Positions 12,401 through 27,400 of a DNA stretch of 60,000 bases are shown here, piece by piece. The translations under genes and the position numbers were made by a program. This DNA comes from Malacoraja senta (Eukaryota). The notes under the pieces are model-generated. The model worked only from the letters and a program-made list of their open reading frames with translations, made no database searches and was not told where the DNA came from. Each line of letters begins with the position of its first letter. Within the stretch, counting starts at the first letter, position 1. The stretch lies in the NCBI GenBank assembly GCA_038087875.1, contig CM075988.1, forward strand, positions 8,000,001 through 8,060,000, written 5' to 3'.

Positions 12401-15400
12401 TTCAATTGAATGATTTGGAATGCTCATTTCTTTTGATAACCTGAGAATCATTAACAACTAGCAATTAACCATGAGACTACCAAAGTCTGAAGAAGGGTCT
12501 CGACCGGAAAGGTCACCTGTCCATGTTTCCCAGAGATGCTGCCTGACCTACTGAGTTACTCCAGCACTCTGTGTCCTTTTGCAATTTACCAAGACCGTGG
12601 TCATTTACCAAGAATCCAATGGCGCAGCAGTAGAGTTGCTGCCTTACAGCGCTTGCAGTGCCAGAGACCCAGGTTCAATCCCAACTACGGGTGCTGTCTG
12701 TATGGAGTTTGTACATTCTCCCCGTGACCGCGTGGATTTTCTCTGCGATCTTTGGTTTCCTCCCACACTCCAAAGACGTACAGGCATGTAGGTTAATTGG
12801 CTTGGTGTATGTGTACATTTTCCTTGGTTTGTGCATGATAGTGTTAATGTGTGGGGATGGCTCGTCGGGGCAGACTCGGTGGGCCGAAGGGATTGTTTCC
12901 GCGGCGTATCTCTAAAACTAAAAACCAAACCTAAAGAGCAGTAGTGTAGAAAAGTGGGGTGATATATATATATACAGAGCGACTAGTTCAGCGGCTCTAA
13001 TTTAGCTAAACACTCAAAGTTTACTGCACAACCAACGTTGTCCTTTCACCCTCCCAGAACACTCTGTGCTTGCATGTTTTTCCCCGAGGTGCACGGTGAG
13101 TGAGTGCCTGCGCCAACAGAGCTCATTACGAAAAATAATTCACACTTAATTTGTGCTGCAATTAAACAGCGTCCGATCTACATGAGTAGACCTTCTAATG
13201 AACAATATGCCAGTGATAGAGGATCTGACAAGGTGACAAGGCCCTCGTTAACATTACAGCTTCCCAAAGGACTTGTTAGTCATTTACTGTGTCAGCTGGA
13301 TTTTCCAGAAGAATAGTGGGACAAGGAGAGGCCTTGTCTCTAAACCGAGGCAGCAAATTGTGACATTTCTCAGGCATGGAAGGGGGCAATCACTAACCAG
13401 GACTTTAAATGCATAAAGGGCCTGTCCCACTTTCACGACCTAATTTACGACCTCTGCCGAGTTTGCCCTTGACTCATACTCGCAGCATGGTCGCCACGAG
13501 GTCGTAGGTCGGTCGTGGCAGGTCGTGATGCTAGTCTTAGGTACTCGTGGCATCAAGTAGGTCGGGGCGTTTTTTCAACATGATGGAAAATGTCCACGAG
13601 TAAAAAAGGTCGTGAATTAGGTCGTGAAAGTGGGACAGGCCCTTAAAGAAACAGGTACCAACCCACAGAGAGGAATGGGTGGTGAGAATCGCGGCAGTCC
13701 TGTTGTCATTGTGACAGATCATTGCTCATTTGGGCCGCACCATCTCTTGGCGATTTGGCAGAAAGCTTACCTCTAAATTATCAGGGAGAATCAAATGGGC
13801 TGAAGGGCCTTTCAGGTTTATAACAGACTAGATTTAGAGAAGATATTTCCACTGATGATGGAGTCTAAAATTTGGAGCCATAGAAATGAGGCGGTCACTA
13901 ATAAATGCAATATGGAGTTCAGAGGAAATCGTGTTATTTAAGATTGCAGGAACTCAATCAAGATTGCAGGCACCCATCACTCGGCAAAAGAGTGATGGGT
14001 GGAAAATAAGGATAGTTTAAATCAGACCATTGAATAAAAGGGAATTGTATTGGGCACAATTAAGTAAATAAAAGGGGGTGAGGTTTGTGTGGAGGATGTC
14101 TGTTAACCAAGTGACCTCCTCGTGGGTACAGGTTCCATGTAATGGTGAGATCTGTGAACAATCTTCCAGTGGGCAGAGGAGGGGTACGTTGAATAGTTAA
14201 TAGAGCTAGATTCTGATATGATTACATTTATCTTTTTTTGAGGTTGTCCTACTCTGATAGACTGACCAGTCACCATCTGGGTCTATGGGAGTTTCTGGAT
14301 TCTGTTGGATTTTGAATAGCGTGGCACACAAACCCATAACGTTATTTCAGAATACTTGCCACAGCAGCATTTTGTGATTTAGTAAGTTATCTCCATTCCT
14401 CGTTTGTCTCCAGTCATTCTGCCTGTCCATGTTCCCTATGCTCATCCTTATCTTTTCTCTCTTTTTCTTTCTTCTTCTGGATTTATTATGCTCTGAATAA
14501 TAATCAATCTGTATAGAAAGGGGCAACAATAATAGTGTGAAAGGGCGGTTTCCCAATTAAACACTTGCTCAGTAATGGAAGGTCTTTGAAACTCTAAGAG
14601 GTTTGTTCCTTTGGGTATACATAGATCATAGAACATAGAACCGTACAGCAGAGGAACAGGACCTTCGGACCACAATGTTTGTGCTCAACATGATTGCAAG
14701 ACAAGCGAATCTCATCTGCCTGCACATGATCCATATCCTTCCATTCCCTGCATATCTTTGAGTATCTACAAACGCAGACATTGGCAACTACTTCCTGTCA
14801 TTTCTGTCAGGGTTGTGGGAGTGGGAAGTTGGTCAGAATGCACCTGGGAACTGCCTTGTAACCTGCCTATAAGCGGGAGGGAGCTGGAAGAGTCGGACGT
14901 GAGGAACAAGGGCTGGTGAACCTGGATAATGCCTCCAGCGCCTTCAGGTAGACAGCAAGAGGTGCCCCTAGGACACCTGATTCAAAGATGGCCAGGGAAG
15001 GAGTGGGACATTGGTTCGTGGGAACTTCTCCAGTACATCGAGCGCGCGGGCTGACCTGACTTTGAACTTTGAACAATGGCGCCAAAAATGACAGCTCCCG
15101 CATGTGTAATATATGCAAAATGAACTAAGAAATGTTCTCCATAACGCTGATTATTGGTGGGGAATGGTGGACTTGCAAGGTTCTGCGTGGTTTAAACCAG
15201 ACATGAGTGCAATTAGGATATTAAAGCAAGACTCTACCTAAAACTGCTAAGGTATAATTGTAAGAATGGAGGAATTCTTTAAGAAATATGAATGGACAAA
15301 TATTACTCCCTCCCATAACCAATGTGGCCAAAAATTCATCTGCCATTTATTTTCTGGTTTATCAGAGGATGATTCTCGTGTAGAAGGTCATCACTGCATC

Positions 15401-18400
15401 CAATTCACATCAAATAATCATTCATTTTATGGAATGCTTTTGTAATGTTAAGGTCCATATGCAGCCAAATATTACTCTAAATATCATGTGAGCTGCAGTA
15501 ATACAACCCATCTCATTCTCCTCAGACCCAGAACCTGATTTCACTGCATGTAGTCAGTCTGCTTGTGTGCTTTCTTTTGGAATAAGAAAAGGTCTTGAGC
15601 AAACCTTATTAATCGTGCTATCCAATGGAGATGGTACAAGGAAACTAATCATTATTGAATTGCAATCATCCAGTAATATTGCAATTATGAAATTAGTTTT
15701 TCTTGCTCTATTTAACAAGCAGAAACAAGAAATTCACGTTGAATCCATGTTCTTCTTATTCCCCAATAAAATAATTTGTTTAAAGTTAACGTGGGCGGCA
15801 CAGTTGGCGCAGTGGCTAGAGCTTCTGCCTCACAGCGCCAGAGGTCAAAATTCCATCCTGACCTTGGGCTCTGTGTGTGCGGAGTTTGCACGATCTCCCT
15901 GTGACCGCGTGTGTTTCCTCCGGGTGCTCCGATTTCGTCCGACATTCCAAAGCCATGTGGGTTTGTAGGTTAATTGGCCTCTGTAAATTGCCCCAAGTGT
16001 GTAGGGAGTGGTTGCAAAAGTGGGATAACAAAGAACTAATGTCAATGGGCGGATGATGGTTGGCATGTTCCTGGTGAGTCGAAGGGCCTGTTTCCATGCT
16101 GTATCTGTAAATTAAACTAAACTAAACTTGGGTGGCACGGTGGCGCAACATAGGATTGCTGCCTTACAGCGCCAGAGACCCAGGTTCAATCCTGACTACG
16201 GGTGCTGTCCGTACGGAGTTTGTACGTTCTCCCCATGACCTGCATGGGTTTTCCCCGGGATCTCCGATTTCCTTCTATGCTCCAAAGACGTACAGGTTTG
16301 TAGGTTAATTGGCTTGGTATAATTTTAAATTGCCCCTAGTGCGTGTAGGATCGCTGGTTGGCATGGACCGAAGGGCCTGTTTCTGCACCGTATCTCTAAA
16401 CTAAACGAAACTAAACTAAAAATTACTTGCTCACTTTCTATTTCTGCCGCTACATTCAAATGCTGCAGTCAAGCCAACCAAAACAACATCTGTTCCTGCA
16501 CACCAGCATCTATTTACACCTTGTTACCAATCTCCAAATCTGCCCTTCGGTAGAACCATAAGAAATGGGACCACATTGGAAAATTACTTTCAGCTTGAAA
16601 AGATGAATGGGATACAAATGCCTGTGTGTTGGGATTTAGTGAGCTGCTGGTGGTATTCTGGAGAGGATTGCCTGAAACTTTTTTTTTCAAGCCTTAAGAA
16701 TTATTTCTCTCATACTTTGTACTGAGAATGCTTCTGTTGACTCACGGACCCCACTACAACCCTGTAAAAAATGAAAGTGAATTCTTGGGTTACTTACAAT
16801 AGCCAAATCAGCTGGAAAAGTGTGCTTAAGCGACTTTGAGTCCTGAAAAGCGCTATATAAATAAAATCTATTATTATTATTATTATGCCGAATGTCAATA
16901 TGACAGAAACAGTTGCTGCATTCTTGGTATCTCAGCCAAATTTCAGTTGTTGTTCAAAGCAGCATGTGGTTAGTTTTTGTAGTTGCAGCGCTGGCAAAAA
17001 GACTTGTTTTTCAAGTTTGCCACCACTGTATTGTGAGACTGTCGGTGGCTTTGTGATTGCTGTGAAGTGGAGCCTTTCTGGAGTCTCAAAGTTGCTGTCA
17101 GTCATTTCCACCAGAAGCAGGATTGTTTTGCAACCTTTAGTTGAACCAAATGGGATTAATGAAAAGATGAGGAGTTTAGCTGTTCTATATTTCCGTAGGG
17201 CATAGAGGAAGGCATTTTGGCCCATCAGATCTATGCTGGCTCAGAGAGAAATCCCATTCCCAACTATTTCTACTCCCAACCAAATTTGTCCCCACCTTTC
17301 CGTCAATCAGGATAAGACTTTCACCGTGAATGAATGAATGAATGAATTATACTTTATTGTCACCTGTACTTACAGTGAAGTGCTTTGTTTTGCATACAGC
17401 CTAGGCAGTATACAAGTGTCGCCATGTGTTATCGCCGACAAAGTTACAAAAGTACCGAACAGTCCTGAAAGTACTACTTGCCGCCGTGCATGACAACAGG
17501 CTCCCCGCACCCCACCAGCTCCCCCCCCCATTGCCCTTGCCAGTCCACCTCCCTCTCGGTCTCTCCTCTCTCTCATTGGCGCAGTTCCCATCGACACCAG
17601 TGAATCGGAGCTGATTCGGAGACCGCAGTGGGTGAGCCGCACCTATTTGGTGGGTCCTCCGTCAACATTGATGGACACAAAATGCTGGAGTAACTCAACG
17701 GGACAGGCAGCATCTCTAGAGAGCAGGAATGGGTGATGTTTTGGATCGAGACCCTTCTTCAGACCCGAAACGTCACCCATTCCTTCTCTCCAGAGATGCT
17801 GCCCGTCCCACTGAGTTAGTCCAGCATTTTGTGTTGATCTTCAGTTTAAACCAGCAATTGCTGTTCCTTCCTACACCTTGGTCCACGCAAGGTGTTCTTC
17901 ATTCCTATGCGAGGCATAGAGACGGTAAATGCACAAAGTCTTTTTTTCTCAGGTTTGGGGGAATCAAGAGGTAGAGGTCCTAAGTTTAACATGAGAGGGG
18001 AAAGATTTAATAGGGACCTGAGGGACAACGTTTTCACACAGAGTTGTGGTGGGTATATGGAACAAGCTGCTGAGGGAGTGGCTGAGGCAGGAACAATAAC
18101 AATCTTTAAAATACATTTAGACAGGTAAATTAAAGGAAAGGTTTCGAGGGATACGGGCCTAATGAAGGCAGATGGGGCTACCTTAGATAGTGACTTGATC
18201 AGCATGAACGAGTTGGGCCAAAGGGCCTGTTTCTGTCTTCTATGACACTAACCACCATAGTATCTGGGGAAAATTAAAAAAAAAACAGGTTGGTGTACAT
18301 GCGTGGTTGATGGTTGCCACAGATACAGTGGCTGAAAAGCCTGTTTCCATGGTCTATCATTCTCTGATCTAACCCTAAACTCTTGGGGATATGTACAGTG

Positions 18401-21400
18401 GCAATTAACTTACAAACCCATATGTCTTTGGGATGTGGGAGAAAACAGGAGCACCCGGGGTAAATCCACACCGTCAGAAAGAGAACATATAAGTCACACT
18501 CAGACAAGACCGGAGGTCAGGATTGAACCCTACAACTGTGAGATATCAGCTCTCTCAGCACTGTCCTGCCCATTTACATGCTACCCTCAATATAAAATAT
18601 CTTAAATGTCTTATCCTTTGTTGCAGAAGGTATAAGTAACTTTAACACAAAGTGCTGGAGGAACTCAGTGGGTCAGGCAGCATCTGTGGAGGGAATGGAC
18701 AGAAAATGGTCCAGCTAAGGACAGTCTTTAGAAGAAGGCTCCCAACCCGAAATGTCATCTGTCCATTCCCTTCACAGATGCTGCCTGACTCACTGAGAAC
18801 CTCCAGCACTTTGTATTATGCACAAAATTCCAGCATCTGGGTCTCCATAAGTAAGTCTAAAGGGTCTGTCCCACTTTCACGACCTAATTCACGACCTCTG
18901 CCGAGTTTGCCCTTGACTCATACTCGCAGCATGGTCGTCACGAGGTCGTAGGTAGGTCGTTATGCTAGTCATAGGTACTCGTGGCATCAAGTAGGTCGGG
19001 GCGTTTTTTCAACATGATGAAAATGTCCACGAGTAAAAAAGGTTGTGAATTAGGTCGTGAAAGTGGTTCAGGCCCTTAAGATTGATGTAAACTTTAGTTT
19101 CTGTTTCACAAATTCCCTCGTGCTCAGCAGTGAGTTTTAAGTGCGTGAATTATAATTCCTATTTAAAATTAATTTTTATAAATTCTTTGTTTCAGTTTCT
19201 ACTGTAATCCAGTGTGTATTCCAATTTTTATTTCAAGCTTTGAAATGATTAAAAACATTAGATAAATTACATTTTTTATTTCTCGACATTGACTGCTGAA
19301 CAAGGTTGATAATATTACTGCAGAATATTGTGGATACACTTCAATTGATGCTTGACAGCCAACGATGTTGTGATGAAGGGTGGAGCCCATTGCCAGTGGT
19401 GGCACAATCTTCAAGGTTAGAAGCAAGTTGTGACTGTAGGATTCTTTATCGACGTTAGCTAATTAAGAAGTGAAGAGCGTGGAATGGATTTTTTATTGAT
19501 AATAAGGACTTCACCATCAACAGGAAGTGCTAATTTGTTTCATGGCTAGTTAATTTACTTTTGAAGCCTACTTAATCTCAATATGCACAAATGGAGCTGC
19601 CAATTTTCACACAGCAAAGATTCCAGGGTGAGATTAATTAGATTGAGATAATCTCATTGTGGCTTTGACTGGGAGTGGTGGGGTGGCTGAGTTTGATGAT
19701 GGGTTTAGTTTCATCCAACAGACAATTTATAGTTATTTGGCAGCATGCAATCTTGAACTTGCAATATTCACCGCAATTAATTGTATTTTGGAAGTAATTG
19801 TGCAGCCAAAGATGGCAAATTTTTTTTCTCTCTCTCCAGAGAGATTCCACCGATGACAATGAGATTAGTGAGCAGTTTACCTGATGCAGTGGTTTTGGGG
19901 TAGAACAATGGGAAATGTTTATTTCCAAAGAATGTTTCATAATCTTAACTTCACAGGAATTTTGAAGTGTTTAGTTTAGTTTAGAGATACAGCTCGGAAA
20001 CAGGCCTTCCGGCCAGCGAGATCTCACCGATCCCGGACATAAACCTGTGATCCCTGGACATTCGCACCATCCTACATACACCAGGGACAATTTACATTTA
20101 CACCAAGCCAATTAGCTTACAAACCCGTACGTCTGTTGGCAAGTGGGAGGAAATTGGAGATCCCAGTGAAAACCCTCGCAGGTCACGGAGAGATAGAACA
20201 AACTCTGTACAGACAAGTGCCCACAGTCAGAATCCAACCAGGGTCTCTGGTGCGTAGACAAAAATGCTGGAGAAACTCAGTGGGTGAGGCAGTATCTATG
20301 GAGCGAAGGAAATGGGAACAGGGTCTCTGCTGCTGTAAGGCAACAACTCTACCGCTATGCCACCATGCCGTCCTGAAGTGTAATGTAAAAATGGAGCAAC
20401 TAATTTGCGTTCAGCAGGGGCATGATAAAGTTCAAGATGAGCTCTGGAGCAGGTTCTATGGTCAAAGTCCTGCCTCCTGTCAGTGTTTGCTGGCATGTTT
20501 AAGGCTCGCCCTTGGTCTATCTGCAGTTAAAATTAACTTTGATTTGTGATTGTGTTAAGAGTTGGGACTTCATATTTAATCAGGGCATAAGGACATAATA
20601 AGTAGAAGCAGGTAGAAGTCAATAAAATCACAGCTAGCCAGTTACCTCAGTGCCACTTACATGCCTCAAGTCCTTATCCCAAAGATGGCACATTGCAGCG
20701 CCAGAGACCCAGGTTCGATCCTGACTTTGGGTGCAGTTGGGTGGAGTTTGCATGTTCTCCCTGTGAATGCGTGGGTTTTCTCATGGGTGCTCCAGCTCCA
20801 CCCTCCCCCCCCCCCCCACATCTAAAAGAAGTGCCAGTTTGTTGGTTAGTTGTCTTCTGTAAATTGTCCCCAATGTGTATCGGATGTGAAAGTGTGATAA
20901 CAGAACTAGTGCCAACAGGTGATCGATCGTCAATGTGGACTCCGTGGGCCGAAGGAATTATTTCCATACTGCTTCATTCAATCAATCAATCTCCTGATGT
21001 CTGCTATACTCAGCAACTACACGTCAATGACCATTCCATGTAGAGAATTGCAAAGATCCAATACCTATTGGGTGAAGAACTTCCTTCTCATCTCTGTCCT
21101 GAATTAGAGACTTTGTTCCTGGTTCTAGATGCCCAAGCCAGGAGAAGGGTTCCTCTTGCATGTAGGGATGGGATTATCTCTCTCTCTCTCCTGAGCTGTA
21201 GAGAGGGTAAACCCAGTCTCTCTGCATGGGACAAATCGTCCATCCCAGAGTCTAGAAATGTCTGGATCAAATTAGGATGTTTACTCCTCTGGGATGGGTA
21301 AACTAATCAGGCAAGTTGCGCTTGGGGAGAACATAAACCAGTTAGGATGTAGAAACAAGGAAACAAGATGCTGGTTTACAAAGTGAGACACAAAATGCTC

Positions 21401-24400
21401 GAGTAACTTAGCGGGTCAGGCTGCGTCACTGAAGGAAGACACAAAAAGCTAGATAACTCAGCGGGTCAGGCAGCATGTATGGAGAAAAGGAATAGGTGAT
21501 GTTTTGCTTCTCTAATGAACATGTTTGATTTGATGCTTCAGACTCATTGAAGCAAGTTAGGTATGCGCATGCATTCATTCTACCATCGTGAACTCTTCAC
21601 CAAAATCGCCTCCTTCAAGTTTGAGTGGAGAGAACAAAGTGAAATCATCAGTAGAATGATTTAAAATTATAGCCTTTTGTCATCATATGCTGACCCAAAA
21701 CATCACCTACCCTGTCTCTCTCCCCATGCTGCCTGACCCACTGAGTTAAACCAGCACTTTGTGTTTTGCTCAAGAATCCAGCATGTACAGTTCTTTGTGT
21801 CTCAATATAGTAGCTAATCCAGCTTCCCTGTCATTGCTAAATGCAGGTAGACAAAAATGCAGGATGGTTTTTGTTTACAAGCAAAATACAAAGAGCTCAG
21901 CCGGTCAGGCAGCATCTGTGATGGGAAATGGAGAGATGAAAGTTTCGGGACAGGACTCGTCTTCAGACCGAACCACTGAGTTCCTCCAGCAGTTTGTTTC
22001 TTGCACAAGATTCCAGCATCGGCAGTCTCTTATGTCTCTTGTATATTTTGTGAACCTTGTTCATGGTGCCTCTCTCTCCCCAACTCCCGGCGATCGTTCT
22101 GTTGCGATGATGATCCTGTTTCATTTCAGCCCTCCGGGAGGAGTTCCGCCTGCAGCCCAGCAGCGTGGTGGTGGCGTTAGGCGAGCAGGCGGATATGGAA
22201 TGTCTCCCGCCCCGGGGTCACCCCGAGCCAACCGTCACGTGGAAGAAAGATGGGGCACCTCTGGACGACAAGGACCAGCGTTACAGAGTGAGTCCACTGC
22301 TTGCCTACCTTCTCTGTTCCAATCACAGAGGGCAGTCATGTTAACATCAACTGACTGCCTTCTGTGCGGAAGCCATCCCATCAAACTGTGGAAGGACTCG
22401 GATGAGAAGAAGTGTGCAGGAAGCAACTGCAGATGCTGGTTTACACCGAAGATAGACACAAAATGCTGGAGTAGCTCAGCGGGTCAGGCAGCATCTCTGG
22501 AGAAAAGGAATAGGTGACGTGTCGGATTGCAACCGTGAAGGCATCCCTGAAGAAATGTCACCAATTCTTTTTCTCCGGAGATGCTGCGAGACTTGCTAAG
22601 TTACTCCAGCATTTTGTGTCTATCTTTGGACGAGAGGAAGTTGCTTTACCTGATGTCAAATGTAAACTTCCCATTTAAAAAAATGTGAGCAAAGCACAAA
22701 GGAGGAATTGAGTGGATAGGTAGTAATTGTGGAGGGAGTGGATAGATGTTTATTCCCTCCACGGATGCTGCCTGACAGCAGTCCTCCAGCATCTTGTTTT
22801 GTTCACGTTTCCTACATCTACAAAATCTTTTCTGTCCCCAATAAAAGATGTCCTATTTCACCATAATTTCAGGCAAATTTATACCGGTTATCGACAACCA
22901 AAGCTTAGGTTGTATCTTAGGTATCCTCTTGATTTATTCAAGAGAGAGTTCGATATAGCTCTTAGGGCTAACGGAATCAAGGGATACGGGGAGAAAGCAG
23001 GGACAGGGTACTTATTTTGGATGATCAGCCATGATCCTATTGAATGGCGATGCTGGCTCGAAGGGCCGAATGGCCTACTCCTGCACCTATTTTCTATGTT
23101 TCTAGGTACATTGTTGACAGTCATTGGTAAATTTCTCTTTGTTTATCTGTTTTAGATGGCCACTCTTTAGTGCAGTGGTTTACAGGATTATAGTATAATA
23201 TATAGAATATAGAACAATACAGCGCAAGAACAGGCCCTTCGGCCACAATGTCTGTGCTGACCATGATGTCGACTATTACTTATCTACCTGCATGTAACCC
23301 ATATCCCTCCATTCCCTGCATATCCATGTGCCTATCCAAACATGTCTGCTTCAACGACCACCCCAGGAAACATATTCCAGATACTCACCACCTTCTGTGT
23401 TTAAAAAAACAACTTGTCCTGCACATCTTCTTTAAAGTGTGTCCTTCTCATCTTAAACTGTTGTGCTGGGTGCAAGTTAGAATTTCATTGTCCTGTTTAG
23501 GACATATGCCAATAAAACACTTGACCTTTTCCCCCCAGTATTTGATTTTTCCATCCTGGGGAAAAAGGTTCTGACTGTCTACCTTATCTATGCCTCTCAT
23601 AATTTTATATCAGGTCTCCCACAACCTCCACTGTTTTAGAGAAAACAATCTTACTCACTCTAACCACTCTTTGTAGCGAATACCCCTGAATCCAGGCATC
23701 CAGTGGGAAATGTCCCCAGCCTCAAATGGTAAGCCTTCCAATCGAGATCCCATCACCGGGGAAGGATGATACATTTATCACCACAATATTCCTGGCATGC
23801 CCTGTGTCAGATTCTGTCAGTGCACCACACAAAGATTCATCTAGTAATTAGTTTTAGAGACACAGCGCGGAAACAGGCCCTTTGGCCCACCGAGCCTGCG
23901 ACGCCCAGCGATCACCCCGTACAGTTGCACTATCCTACACAATAGGGACAATTTATGATTCTTACCGAAGCCAATTAACCTACAAACCTGCATGTCTTTG
24001 GAGTGAGGGAGGAAACCGGAGCTCCTGGAGAAAACCCACGCGATCACGGGGAGAACATACAAACTCTGTATAGACAGCATCTGTAGTTCGGATTGAACCT
24101 GGGTCTCTGGCGCTGAAGGGCAGCAACTCTATTGCTGCACCACTGTGCCGCTTATAATCATCGAGAGGAAAACATCTCTGCCAGCCCTTCCATCTGTTCT
24201 CTCCTTTGACTGCCACCTATTGGATGTGCTTTCTCTATAGTAAGATTTATACTGAATTGCGTGCAAAAATAAATCACTGTACCTAGGTACATGTAACAAT
24301 AAATTACCATTGAATCACTATGAATATGAGTGATACACACTGCACTTTGATCAGCGGAAGAGCTGTGTAGATCTTTTCCTTATTTTAGAAATCCGAGGCT

Positions 24401-27400
24401 AAGATCTGTGCAAATTTCCCAACGACAGGATATGCCATTCCCTTTAAGGGAAAAATTGTGAATTTATTTTTAATATATTTTCTTTCAAAGGCGAGTGAAG
24501 TTTTTCATTTATAATTCTGGGTAGATGCCTCTTCCGTAGTTCTCCAGAGAACACCACAGAAAGGCCCTTTGCTGTATCTGGACTTTTCTTTCGGTTTCAT
24601 CTTCTTGTCTTTCCTACAGGCTACTGTCGGTAAACTCACCATTTTCTCCACACTGAGGAGTGACTCGGGAGTGTACATGTGTGTAGCAACAAACAAGGTG
24701 GGCCAGCGGGAGAGCAGAGCTGCCCGAATGTCCGTATTGGGTGAGTAACGCTCGACACATTGTTCACCAGTTGGTTTAAGAGTTGTTGTAAAGATTAGCG
24801 CAGGTTGAAAGACTCGACCTGGTGGTGTTGATGGATAGCAAACAGGGAGAACTTGCTCTTAGAGTCTGGAGTCTAGAGCCATGCGACACAGAAACAGAAA
24901 TGAGGAAAAACGTTTTCACACAGAGAGTGGTGAATCTCTGGAACTCTCTGCCACAGAGGGTAGTTGAGGCCAGTTCATTGGCTATATTTAAGAGGGAGTT
25001 AGATGTGGCCCTAGTGGCTAAAGGGATCAGGGGGTATGGAGAGAAGGCAGGTACGGGATACTGAGTTGGATGATCAGCCATGATCATATTGAATGGCGGT
25101 GCAGGCTCGAAGGGCCGAATGGCCTACTTATTTTCTATTCATCTATGTATCTAGGACTTTTGGCCCACCTTGTCCATGCTGACCAAGTTGGTATACTCGG
25201 CTAATCATATTTGCCCCCGTTTGGGCCATGGCACTCTGTACATCATTCCTATCCCGACCTATGTCCAAATGTCTTTTAACAGCATAATGATATGCTCTTC
25301 CCTAGCGTCCAGATACTGTCTACCCTCTGGTTTCCTCTCAGTAGTGTCATGGGTTAGAAACATTGACTAGTGCATTTGAATATTTATTTTTGCTTTTGAA
25401 ATGACCAGTAAATTATTATTTTCAAAAATGGAGCATTGGGGGGAAAAAAATCACCTTGTTCAAAGCTGAATTAATTCCAGCATACCAAATAAATGAGTTA
25501 CTTCTGACTGTAATAGTTAACAATCCTGCTCCATTCTTATCTTAGTCCAAATCTGCTGTCTTTGGCAAACTGACAGAAGCACTGGCGGTACATGTGCTTG
25601 CTGACTCAGAGAGCTAAAGGTTGCTGACTGAGCATTGGGCAGTCAATGTCCCGATGCCTGGGCTAGATGTGACAACGGCAAACCCAAGCATTGGAGGAGA
25701 TGGGAACCCTATGGATCAGAGTGAGAACCATCATCTTATTTCCTATGCCTGTAGACTCAGTGTGAATGGAAGCCTGAATCATACTTCCTGGTGGATGAAT
25801 GGTCCAGCCTCTACTCATCCATCTCCGAGGACACCAAATGCTTGAACTGGAGAATTGTTGTAGATAATAACATAAAGGTCTGAGGAGGGTTTTGATCCAT
25901 TGTCCTCTGGGTCATGGGCCCAGCACCTTTCCATTACGCCACTCCATTGAGTCATACAGCTTTATATTAAGCTTACTGTTTGAGGTACAGACTGAAAGAA
26001 AAGAGAGCAAACCTGGGTTCTATTCTTGGAAATGTGCACATGCTCTAACACATCTGCTCCGATGCATGGGTTTGACATTGCCTCCTTTAGCCCAAATTTT
26101 AGAATCTTAACTTACCCTCTGTCAGCAACTTTTACTTATTGATAGACACAGAATGCTGGAGCAAGTCAGCGGGCCAGGCAACATCTCTGGAGAAAGAGAA
26201 TAGGTGATGTCTCGGGTCGGAACCCTTCTTCAGACTGGAGAAATCTGAAGAAGGGTTCTAAGCCTAAATGTCACCTATTCCTTTTCTCCCGAGATGCTGC
26301 CTGACCCGCTGAGTTGCTCCAGCATTTTGTGTCTAGCTTCGGTATAAACCAACATCTGCAGTTCCTTTCTACACAACGTTTACTCATACATGGCCAGGGA
26401 AAGGCGGGAGGTCTGGCTGGCAGTGCGGACTGGTGTTTCTTCTGATGATAATCCTCTCGTCTTTCCTGCAGAAAAGCCAACCTTTGTTCAAAGGCCTAGT
26501 GATGCCACGGTAATGGCTGGAGACAGCGTGCAGTTTTCCTGTGACGCTCGCGGTGATCCATTGCCTCGAGTGGTTTGGAAGAAGGAAAATGGAGTGCTTC
26601 CCAATGGGAGGTCAGTGCAGTCACTGAATAATCCACCCAGTAGAAAGATACTGCTCCTGGAAATAACCATTTACGTATGTGTCTTGAGAATCGTTTTGTC
26701 TCACTGTCTGGGTGAAGAAGAGTTTGCACACAGCTTCTCGAAACATGGACATTGCAGTGATGAATGAATGAATGAATAAATTATTGGCCAAGTATATTAA
26801 CATACAAGGAATCAGCCGTGGTGCTCCGCCCACAAGTGACAACATGACATACAGTGACAATAAAGAATGAGGCATAAAGCATTAAACATTAATAATAAAA
26901 CATTATCGATTAAACATGTGAATTAAATAAAATACCAGAGCAAAAGGAGGCTACAGATTTTTGGTTATTGAGTAGAGCTGCTACTGTGGGAAAAAAGATG
27001 TGGCTATAAGAGCTGCTTCTTCACATCTCCAGGGATCTGGAATCCAACACTGGCTCCATTTATGTGGAGTTTGCATATTCTTTCTGAAACCACGTGGGTT
27101 TGTTCCATGTGTTCCAGTTTCCCTCCACATCCCAAGGATGTGCGGGTTGGTTGTTCAATTGGCTGCTGTGAGTTGCTCCTAGTGTGTAGGTGAGGTGGAA
27201 TCTGGGGTTGAGAGGTTGGGGCTTGGAGAGTTGTATTGTCATACAGCTCGGAAACAGACCCTCTGGCCTAACTTGCCTTTTCCGACCAAAATGGGTTGGA
27301 ATAGGATAAATGTACAAACAGGTGCCTGGTGGGCAGTGCAGACTCTGTTAAACAGAGATATACACAAAAAGCTGGAGTAACTCAGCGGGACAGGCATCAT

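Noticed and set aside
21759..22517. 252-aa ORF overlapping a robo4 exon
   Set aside because: It is in a different frame from the Ig2 exon and otherwise made of repeat-derived sequence.
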